From Promethearchaeia archaeon (GTDB lineage Archaea; Asgardarchaeota; Lokiarchaeia; Sigyniarchaeales; SOKP01), in contig JAHQWJ010000038.1 of assembly GCA_029856125.1 (NCBI GenBank), positions 1 through 44,980 of the forward strand: 44,980 bases of DNA, read 5' to 3'. The position numbers and the translations under genes were made by a program. The notes below the pieces were generated by a model. It ran no database searches, had not been told where the DNA came from, and was given only the letters and a program-made list of their open reading frames with translations. This document shows, piece after piece, positions 29,921 to 38,020 of this stretch (position 1 is the first letter of the stretch; each line of letters opens with the position of its first letter).

Positions 29921-31627
29921 TTATTTTCTCAGGCTTTTCTTATCAACTTTACCTACAGCAGTAAGTGGTAATTCTTCTGTTATTTCTAACAACTTGGGGA
30001 CTTCATACGGGGAACAATTCTCTTTAGCAAAAGCAGTAATATCCTTCTTTAAAGCTTCCTCGTTTCCATCGTAATTATAATCCGCGTCTAATTGTATAAT
30101 TGCTTTAACGATTTCAGAACCTGGTCTATCCGGGTTATCAACGCCTATAGTAGCAACCATCCCGATTGCTGGATGTTTAACTAAAGTATCTTCTAATTTT
30201 GCGGAAAATACCTTAAATCCGCCAACAATTATCATATCTTTCGTTCTATCTACGATCTTAACGTATCCCTCTTCGTCCATTACTCCTACATCTCCAGTGT
30301 GCATAAAACCATCGCTATCAATTGCTTTTTTAGTTTCTTCGGGTTTATTGAAGTATCCTTTCATAACTTGTGGGCCTTTTACGCAAATTTCACCGGCCTC
30401 TCCTAATGGCACATCTTTACCTGTATTAGGATCCACTAACTTAAATTCCTCGTTGTTAAGTGGTAGACCGATACTACCTAGCTTTTTGACTCCCACAGAT
30501 GGATTACTTGCTGTAAGCGGGGATGTTTCAGTCATTCCATATGCTTCGATTAATTTACCTTTACCTACAATAGCTTCGAATTCTCTTTGAGATTCTGCTG
30601 GAAAAGGTGCAGCTGCAGAAACGGCGTATTTTAGTTTCGAATGGTCCAGTTCTTTAAATTTTGGATTTTTCATCAAAATTTGATACAGTGAAGGCACATT
30701 TGCTAAAACTGATGGTTCATATTTAGCCATTTCTTTAATAATGTGGTCTGAATCTCTTGGGTTTGGTATTAAAACTTGACTCCAGCCAAGAAAAATTACG
30801 TTCAAGGTCGTAAATGTTCCTGCGATGTGGAAGAATGGAAATCCTGAAAGAGCTACTCCTTTACCTGCTTCCCAATTAAGCCATTTCTGAAAGATAACTA
30901 TATCAGAAACTATGTTTTTATGGGTTAACATTGCTCCTTTTGGAGGTCCTGTGGTTCCACCAGTGTATTGAATGAATGCTAAATCATCAGGTTTTATATC
31001 TATTTTTGGCAACTCTTTAGAATAGGTGGCTATGATGTCTTTGTGAAAATCCATTACTGTAACTCCTTCTAAAGGAGTAACTTTTCCTTTAGGAATCTTA
31101 CCTATTAATTTTCCTAGCACCTGTTTTATTTTTGGAAGGTATCCTCCTACGCTAGTAGCTATAGCTAATTTTAACTGGGGTATTTTTGAAGCGATTTTTG
31201 TTAATCTACCAGCAAAAATTGCATCTAAAGTAAGTAGTGCGACTTTATTCCCTCCAGTTCCCAAATCGTTCAGTTGATATTGCATTTGAATATCTGAAAG
31301 TAGAGGTGAGACGCCTGAAACAATACAGCCTGCTTTTAGAGTACCAATGATTCCCATTAAATATTCTGGCATATTTGGTAAATTAATACCCACAACATCA
31401 CCGGTTTTAAACCCGTTTTCAATTAGCATATTGGCAAACTGATTTGAAGCCTCGTCTAATTCTTTGTATGTAAAAGGTATCCCCAAATAATCAAAAGCCA
31501 TTTTTTCTGGAAATTCTTCCATAGTTCGTCGAATAGCTTGGGGGTAGGTCATGTCAAACTCTTTAGGGTCAAGATCTTTGACATAACTATCCCAAGATTT
31601 TGTCCATATTTTATCTTTATACGACAT
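29921..31627 (-). CDS. Long-chain-fatty-acid--CoA ligase (AMP-binding)
   Basis: YTGGTTGPPKG, YGMTE, HTGD, DRTKDMI, PLTAVGK. Confidence 0.93.
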   Translation of the reverse strand: MSYKDKIWTKSWDSYVKDLDPKEFDMTYPQAIRRTMEEFPEKMAFDYLGIPFTYKELDEASNQFANMLIENGFKTGDVVGINLPNMPEYLMGIIGTLKAGCIVSGVSPLLSDIQMQYQLNDLGTGGNKVALLTLDAIFAGRLTKIASKIPQLKLAIATSVGGYLPKIKQVLGKLIGKIPKGKVTPLEGVTVMDFHKDIIATYSKELPKIDIKPDDLAFIQYTGGTTGPPKGAMLTHKNIVSDIVIFQKWLNWEAGKGVALSGFPFFHIAGTFTTLNVIFLGWSQVLIPNPRDSDHIIKEMAKYEPSVLANVPSLYQILMKNPKFKELDHSKLKYAVSAAAPFPAESQREFEAIVGKGKLIEAYGMTETSPLTASNPSVGVKKLGSIGLPLNNEEFKLVDPNTGKDVPLGEAGEICVKGPQVMKGYFNKPEETKKAIDSDGFMHTGDVGVMDEEGYVKIVDRTKDMIIVGGFKVFSAKLEDTLVKHPAIGMVATIGVDNPDRPGSEIVKAIIQLDADYNYDGNEEALKKDITAFAKENCSPYEVPKLLEITEELPLTAVGKVDKKSLRK

Positions 31628-31804
31628 TTTTTACATCGATTTCTTTTTGTTTGAATTGTTATTTAAAAAAAGTGTTAAAAAATAGGAATGATTCTTTTCG
31701 ATATAAAGTTTTGAGTTTCACTTTGAGTTTCTAAGAATATTAGGAAATAAGATTTTGGAAATTTAATAAATCTATAAATATAGAAAATAAAAAAAAAAAT
31801 AATT

Positions 31805-33520
31805 TTAACTCTTTCTTAATACCTTTTTATCAATTTTGCCAATTACAGTGAGAGGGAGTTCTTCAGCAATTTCAATAATTTTGGGAACTTCATATGGTGC
31901 ACAATTCTCTTTCGCAAACTTTGTAATATCCTCTTTTAATGCTTCCTCGTTTCCATCATATTCAAAATCAGGGTTCAATTGGATATGGGCTTTAACAATT
32001 TCAGAGCCTGGTCTATCAGGGTTAGGCAACCCAATTAGAGCAATCATTCCAATGGCGGGATGTTTAGATAACACATCTTCTATTTTTGCTGAAAAGACTT
32101 TAAACCCCCCTACGATTATCATATCTTTTGTTCGATCGACAATCTTGACATAACCATCTTCGTCCATTATTCCAACATCACCGCTGTGCATATATCCGTC
32201 TGAATCAATTGCCTTTTTAGTTTCTTCAGGTTTGTTATAATAACCTTGCATTACAATCGGTCCTCTCACGCAGATCTCCCCTGGCTCTCCTAATGGAACC
32301 TCTTTGCCAGTTTCGGGATCAACAAGCTTTAGTTCAACGTTTAAAATTGGCATTCCTACTTTACCCAATTTTTTATTCCCTATGGAAGGATTCATTGTTG
32401 CTACAGGTGAAAGCTCAGTCATGCCGTATAGCTCTAATAATTTCCCTTGGCCTACTATGCTTTCTAAAGCCTCTTGAGATTCTTTCGGAAATGGAGCTGC
32501 CGCTGAAATACATGAAACTATAGCTGAGTGATCTAACCTTTTAAACTTACGAAAATTAATTAAAATCTGGTAGAGAGATGGAACATTTACTAACACTGTT
32601 GGATTATATTTTTTCATTTCGTTAACGATCCCTAATGCATCCCGAGGATTAGCTATAATTATTTGGGACCAACCTAAATAAAGAGCCGATTCAGCCACAA
32701 ATAAACCCGCAATATGAAACATCGGAAATCCCGAGCATAACATCCCTTTTCCTTCTTCCCATTGGAGCCAAGCTCTAATACATAACATACATGAAGCACA
32801 GTTTCTATGACTCAACATTGCACCTTTAGGAGGTCCGGTTGTGCCACCTGTATATTGAATCCAACCAATATCATCCGGAGATATATCAACTGTAGGCAGA
32901 TCAGAAGAATATTTTGCCAAAACATCGTCTTGGAAGTGGAGAACGGTTTTTCCTTCCAACGGTGTGATTTCACCCGAGGGGATTTCTTTTACTGCCTTAA
33001 TTTTTGCTTGATCTTCTTTAGAAAATGACCCAATTACGCTTGTTCCTATTACAAGTTTAAGCTGAGGTAATTTATCGGCAATTTTTTTTAACCTATGTTC
33101 AAAAATTGCGTCAAGGGTGACTAAGGCAACATTTTTCCCTCCTGTTCCAAGATCTTCTATTTGATAGTGCATTTGGACATCAGACATTAGAGGGCTAACA
33201 CCTGAAACAATGCACCCTGCTTTAAGCGTACCTATAACTGAATATATATATTCTGGAGAATTTGGTAAATTTATCCCTACTGCATCTCCCTTTTTAAATC
33301 CATTTTCAATCAACATGTTAGCAAATTGATTAGAATATCGATCTATTTCACGATAAGTAATTTCCAGACCCTGAAACATTAAAGCTATATTATCAGGATA
33401 TTTATCGAATATACTTTGTAGCATTTCAGGATATGTAGTTTCAAACTCTTTCGGATCGAGATCAGTGAGACCTGGGTCCCAATTTTTTCGCCAAAATCTA
33501 CTTTCGTATGGACTTGACAT
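31805..33520 (-). CDS. Long-chain-fatty-acid--CoA ligase (AMP-binding), paralogue of the downstream gene
   Basis: YTGGTTGPPKG, YGMTE, HSGD, DRTKDMI, PLTVIGK; long stretches identical to 29921-31627. Confidence 0.93.
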   Translation of the reverse strand: MSSPYESRFWRKNWDPGLTDLDPKEFETTYPEMLQSIFDKYPDNIALMFQGLEITYREIDRYSNQFANMLIENGFKKGDAVGINLPNSPEYIYSVIGTLKAGCIVSGVSPLMSDVQMHYQIEDLGTGGKNVALVTLDAIFEHRLKKIADKLPQLKLVIGTSVIGSFSKEDQAKIKAVKEIPSGEITPLEGKTVLHFQDDVLAKYSSDLPTVDISPDDIGWIQYTGGTTGPPKGAMLSHRNCASCMLCIRAWLQWEEGKGMLCSGFPMFHIAGLFVAESALYLGWSQIIIANPRDALGIVNEMKKYNPTVLVNVPSLYQILINFRKFKRLDHSAIVSCISAAAPFPKESQEALESIVGQGKLLELYGMTELSPVATMNPSIGNKKLGKVGMPILNVELKLVDPETGKEVPLGEPGEICVRGPIVMQGYYNKPEETKKAIDSDGYMHSGDVGIMDEDGYVKIVDRTKDMIIVGGFKVFSAKIEDVLSKHPAIGMIALIGLPNPDRPGSEIVKAHIQLNPDFEYDGNEEALKEDITKFAKENCAPYEVPKIIEIAEELPLTVIGKIDKKVLRKS

Positions 33521-33780
33521 TTTTAATACTCACATTAATCCATTTTTGATTAAATTAAATTTGTTAATAATTAATACTGACGATATTGGTTATAAAGTTT
33601 TAAATTTATGATCATTAATTTCGAATGTTTACTTGAAAAAGTAGAATTTCGATATTTTAAATTCTACTAAATTGCTGTAATGATTTTTGTCGGCACATAA
33701 AAAGCTTGAAATTACCAATCTTATTTTATTTTTACTTCCACTTTCCTCTCTCTGTCTCCATGAAACGCTGATACTTTTAA

Positions 33781-33828
33781 AGAGAATTACTTTTCTAGCC
33801 GGAGTAATTATCTTACGAAATTTATATA
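33781..33828 (+). promoter_or_regulatory. Inverted-repeat operator next to BRE/TATA of the RadA-like gene
   Basis: AGAgAATTACT-N11-AGTAATTaTCT (33781-33813), then CGAAA TTTATATA (33816-33828), about 70 nt before the ATG at 33899. Confidence 0.5.
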
Positions 33829-33898
33829 CGCTTCTAGCAAATTTTAGAAAATTGTCGGAGTTACACGATTTTAGTTTGAAGGATACTTCACTTAGATA

Positions 33899-34654
33899 AT
33901 GTCTTTCAGATCGGGGTTAAAAGTGTATCGGAAAAACAAGAGCGTTCCCTTAGTTTCGAGCGGCGATTCAAAGCTGGACGCGCTATTGGGAGAGGGTGGT
34001 TTTCATAAAGACTTGGTTTATCTTCTTTATGGAGATAAAAAAAAAACTTCGAACATTTTATTGACCACTTCTGTTATTGCTCAAAAATCTTTCGCTAATG
34101 GCGGTCTTGGAGAGAAAATTAAGGTTGTGTATATTGACGCAAATAATCGCTTTAATCCATATAATGTAAGTAAATTTGCTGTTTCCCAAAATTTATCACC
34201 TCAAAAAGTGCTAGAAAACATCGTTATTGCCCGCGCGTTTACTTGGGATCAAATGGTAGAGCTTCTAGAGAATAGACTCTCCAAACTTGAACAGGTAAAA
34301 GTTGTTTTAATTTCTGGTATTACTACCTTGTTCCAGAGTTACGAAAAACAGACGTTTGAAGATTTACTAAGAGCCATAAATGGGATTAAAGCAATTCTCT
34401 CTAAAACAAGACCATTAATCGTTTTAACTGCACCTTTACACGAATTTTCTCTTTATAGGCCTAATGGCGGAAAAATTCTTTCCCACTTCGGAAGCGTATT
34501 AGTAATGATAAACGAAGACGAGCGATATACCGAATACGTTCTTGTTCAACACCCTTACTTGCCAGAAAATCGCCTTCTAAAATGGAAACCGCGCATTCCT
34601 AAAAGAAATTTGGCAAATTCCACAAAAAATATGTCAATAGATTGTTGGCTCTAA
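33899..34654 (+). CDS. RecA/RadA-fold protein with degenerate Walker motifs (PolB2-associated)
   Basis: VSSGDSKLDALLGEGG, VYIDANNRFNP, VLENIVIARAFT are RadA-like. Walker A reads YGDKKKTS and Walker B reads VLISG. Confidence 0.85.
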   Translation: MSFRSGLKVYRKNKSVPLVSSGDSKLDALLGEGGFHKDLVYLLYGDKKKTSNILLTTSVIAQKSFANGGLGEKIKVVYIDANNRFNPYNVSKFAVSQNLSPQKVLENIVIARAFTWDQMVELLENRLSKLEQVKVVLISGITTLFQSYEKQTFEDLLRAINGIKAILSKTRPLIVLTAPLHEFSLYRPNGGKILSHFGSVLVMINEDERYTEYVLVQHPYLPENRLLKWKPRIPKRNLANSTKNMSIDCWL

Positions 34655-34656
34655 CT

Positions 34657-35067
34657 CTATTCTTTCTTCTTATAGAAGTTAGTATCTTTCTCTTCAAGAG
34701 TTAAAGGATCTCCACCATACTTAACCTTTTTACCTTTATAATAAAGATCTGATTTTTCTTCACAAATTTTATCCCATTTGGAGACCCCTAATTTCTGAAT
34801 CATCAGTAAATTGTAAATCTTAGAATTATGGGGCGCAAAAATCTCGAAATTTACAATTGTTTGTAACTTTTCACATGGAAAATCATTACACTCGAAACAG
34901 AATTCGTGTCCTTTTTCAGTAATACATTGAAAAGTTTTGCACACCGGAAAGTCTAATATTTGACCCTCAAGCGTTCGGCAACCCTTACAATTATAAGCCT
35001 GAACACCTGGACACCTTTTGCAGTAAATTCCACAAGGAGCGTGCCAGTTTTTTAATTCTTCAGTCAT
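34657..35067 (-). CDS. Cys-rich DUF3795-like protein
   Basis: APCGIYCKRC, CKGC, CKTFQC, FCFECNDFPC. Confidence 0.8.
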   Translation of the reverse strand: MTEELKNWHAPCGIYCKRCPGVQAYNCKGCRTLEGQILDFPVCKTFQCITEKGHEFCFECNDFPCEKLQTIVNFEIFAPHNSKIYNLLMIQKLGVSKWDKICEEKSDLYYKGKKVKYGGDPLTLEEKDTNFYKKKE

Positions 35068-35234
35068 AAAAAAAAATGTGAAAAATCATTTAAAAACATA
35101 TTGAGAGAGAAGAAGAAGAGAAACGATTATTTGAGCTATACCAAAAAAATCAGAAAATTTCAGAGGTACTTTTCTTTAAATTTCCCTAAAGACTTACTAA
35201 CGAGATACTTGAAATAATACCGAATGTGTATAAT

Positions 35235-35507
35235 ATGGGACGGACTGTACCTGCTTTTAGACCCGCTTTAGAACACGAAATAGAGAGTTGGAAAGACTTC
35301 AAAAGAGCACTTAGGCCAGAAGATCGAACAATTTTTAATAAATTGATGAATTACGCGAGAATTCATGCTGATGCTGGTAGCTTAGGAGCTCGCCCAATGC
35401 TCTCCGAAATTCTATTTATTTCTTTTGGAATTGAACAAGAAAGGAAAATTGGGCAATTGGAGAAGAAAATCAAAGAATTAGAGGAAATTATAAAGGGAAA
35501 AGAGTAA
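35235..35507 (+). CDS. Small helical protein of the type that precedes polB2 (arCOG07300-like)
   Basis: MGRTVPAFR...WKDFKRALRPEDR.IF..L; ends 2 nt before polB2. ATG at 35235 preferred over GTG at 35226. Confidence 0.8.
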   Translation: MGRTVPAFRPALEHEIESWKDFKRALRPEDRTIFNKLMNYARIHADAGSLGARPMLSEILFISFGIEQERKIGQLEKKIKELEEIIKGKE

Positions 35508-35509
35508 AG

Positions 35510-37918
35510 TTGGATTCGCAAACGACTTTTAATGGGTGGCTTCTCGATGTATCCACGTATAGCGAAGGAGTTATCCTCTGGGTAAAAACCGCAAAAGAAC
35601 AGAAAGTAATAAGAATATACCACCAGTTCAATCCCGAATTTTTCGCTGTTCCTAAAGATGGTGTTGGTAATGACTTAAAGAGAATGCAATATATTCTTAC
35701 TCAAAATCAGAATGTAAAGAAAGTCCGTATCTGTGAAAAATATGTGAAACTAGAGGACCAAGAAAAATCGAAAGTTCTTGGTGTCACTGTTGAAAAACCG
35801 TCAGTGTTCAAGAAAACTATTAAAGAAATCAATAAAATAGGATTATTTACGCTATTTAATACGGATCTCCCAATTACTCAGATGTACTTCTATGTCAACG
35901 ACCTTTTCCCTATGTCTTTTTGCTGCTTTAAGATTAAGGTTGAAAATAGCGGCGGGAAGAACAGTAGCTTTTTGCGCCTTGTTTCTATAGATTTACAAGA
36001 CGATAATGAAGAACTTTTCTACGATTTACCTCCTCTAAGAGCCGTCTGGATAGATGTAAAAATTAATTACCAAGGAATTAAGCCATATTATAACGACCCT
36101 ATTTCCTACGCTGAGATCAGTATAGTTCAGAATGACGAAGACAATGTTCCTCGAGCAGATGGGTACAAAAAACAGAAAATAGTAATTGACAAGAGAAATG
36201 AAGCTGAAATTTTAAGGACCATCAGCAAAGTAATTGAACGCCTTAATCCTGATATTATCCTTACGCAAAATGGGGACGAATTCCTCTTCCCTTACTTGGT
36301 TGCCCGAGCTTCGGAGAATCGAATAACAAAGGAATTCTACTTATCCCGAGATAAGAAACCATTGGCAAAGTGCATCTTCGATCTTTCGGGAGGTTCAGAC
36401 CACTATATGTCCTATGGTGTCATTAGACGGCGTTCAAGAACCCAAGTGTATTTAAGTGGTAGATTTCACTTAGACACGACCACTTATGCCAGTCTTCACT
36501 TTTCTGAAGGTAATATTCCCGGAGTTATTGAAGTTGCCCGTATATCGAGAATTACACTTCAAAGATTAAGTCGTATAACCATCGGGGGAGCGCTTCAATC
36601 AATACAATATTATTACGCTTACAAGCTTGGCCATTTAATTCCTCCATTCAAGAAAAATCCTGAAGGTTTCAGCACTGGAATGGATTTAATAAAAAGCGAC
36701 CGTGGTGGTCACATCTTTGAACCAATAATTGGAGTGTTTGACCAAGTAGTAGAGCTAGATTTTTCCTCAATGTATCCTTCTTTAATGGCCACCTTTAACA
36801 TCTCATCAGAGACTATAAATTGTAAGTGCTGTAAAGACGATGGCACTGGTATAAAGGTTCCGGGATTGGATTTTCATATCTGCACAAAAAGGGAAGGTAT
36901 TATATCAAAATCTATTAGCTTACCACTCAAAAAAAGATTGAAATACAAAGCATATGTGCGCAAAACTGGAAGCGTCCGCTATAACTTCGTTGACATCGCT
37001 CTTAAATGGGTGCTTGTAGTAAGTTTTGGATATTTAGGCTTCAAAAATGCTCGATTTGGAAAGATAGAAGCACATCAGACAGTTTGTGCTTTTTCTCGCG
37101 AGTTTCTCATGCGTTCTGCTGAGATCGCTGAAGAACACGGATGTAGAATTATACATGGAATTGTCGATTCAATATGGTTAAAAGACACAAAAAATCGGAA
37201 CCCCGAAGAATTCGAAGAAATAACGAAGGATATTGCCGAAGAGATAACTAGAAGCGTAGGTATTCCAATGAGTTGGGATGGGCGCTACAATGTAATCGTT
37301 TTTCTTCCCTCATGTGCAGAACCAGACATCCCTGCGCTAAGCCATTATTGGGGGATTAAAAGCGACGGAGAAGCAAAGGTACGAGGGATAGAAGTTCGGC
37401 GTAGAGATATACCGAAGATCGTTAAAGACGCTCAATATGCCTTTATAGATGTTTTTCAAGGTGCAAAGACCACTGAAGAATTTAAGCGAAGAATCTCAAA
37501 AGCCAAGAGCGTGCTCTACCACTACATTGACAAGATAGAGACAGGTAAAGTTTCGCGAGACGAGTTGACAATACGCCAAAGAATCTCAAGAAAACCGTCG
37601 CAATATAAAGTTAACTCGTATCAAGCTGTTGCGGCAAGACAACTAGAACGATCGGGTGTTGTGGTAACTCCTGGTAAAAATGTTCGGTATATTATACTCA
37701 ATGCCGAAGCTGATCCGGAATTTCCTGAGAAGAAAGTGATTCTCTCAGATCTCTACGACGATAAAAAACATCAATACGATCAAAAGAAATATGTCGAACT
37801 GCTTAAAAGAGCTTTTGAGAGTATTTTTCCTTTCGAATTCCCTGAATTAGATGAATTAGTAAAATCAGATCTCATGAGGAAATCTAATCAGAAGAATTTA
37901 TTTAGTTTTATTGAGTAA
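35510..37918 (+). CDS. polB2: Family B DNA polymerase, PolB2/Dpo2 group
   Basis: Motif A ELDFSSMYPS, NISSETINCKCC insert, motif B KWVLVVSFGYLG, motif C HGIVDSIW, KVRGIEVRRRD. Exonuclease motifs degenerate. PIP-like C-terminus QKNLFSF. Confidence 0.93.
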   Translation: MDSQTTFNGWLLDVSTYSEGVILWVKTAKEQKVIRIYHQFNPEFFAVPKDGVGNDLKRMQYILTQNQNVKKVRICEKYVKLEDQEKSKVLGVTVEKPSVFKKTIKEINKIGLFTLFNTDLPITQMYFYVNDLFPMSFCCFKIKVENSGGKNSSFLRLVSIDLQDDNEELFYDLPPLRAVWIDVKINYQGIKPYYNDPISYAEISIVQNDEDNVPRADGYKKQKIVIDKRNEAEILRTISKVIERLNPDIILTQNGDEFLFPYLVARASENRITKEFYLSRDKKPLAKCIFDLSGGSDHYMSYGVIRRRSRTQVYLSGRFHLDTTTYASLHFSEGNIPGVIEVARISRITLQRLSRITIGGALQSIQYYYAYKLGHLIPPFKKNPEGFSTGMDLIKSDRGGHIFEPIIGVFDQVVELDFSSMYPSLMATFNISSETINCKCCKDDGTGIKVPGLDFHICTKREGIISKSISLPLKKRLKYKAYVRKTGSVRYNFVDIALKWVLVVSFGYLGFKNARFGKIEAHQTVCAFSREFLMRSAEIAEEHGCRIIHGIVDSIWLKDTKNRNPEEFEEITKDIAEEITRSVGIPMSWDGRYNVIVFLPSCAEPDIPALSHYWGIKSDGEAKVRGIEVRRRDIPKIVKDAQYAFIDVFQGAKTTEEFKRRISKAKSVLYHYIDKIETGKVSRDELTIRQRISRKPSQYKVNSYQAVAARQLERSGVVVTPGKNVRYIILNAEADPEFPEKKVILSDLYDDKKHQYDQKKYVELLKRAFESIFPFEFPELDELVKSDLMRKSNQKNLFSFIE

Positions 37919-37989
37919 ACAATCCGACTTAAAAAAAATCTAACCATAATCTAGCGACATAAATATTTAATAATCCTTTAATAATCTCA

Positions 37990-37997
37990 TTTAAATA
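37990..37997 (+). promoter_or_regulatory. Candidate TATA box for the structured RNA
   Basis: TTTAAATA about 25-30 nt before the first hairpin of the repeat region. The surrounding DNA is AT-rich, so specificity is limited. Confidence 0.4.
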
Positions 37998-38020
37998 TGA
38001 TCCGCTTAAAATATATATTA

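Noticed and set aside
33687-33899. 70-aa ORF upstream of the RadA-like gene
   Set aside because: TTG start, no recognisable features, and it overlaps the apparent promoter/operator.
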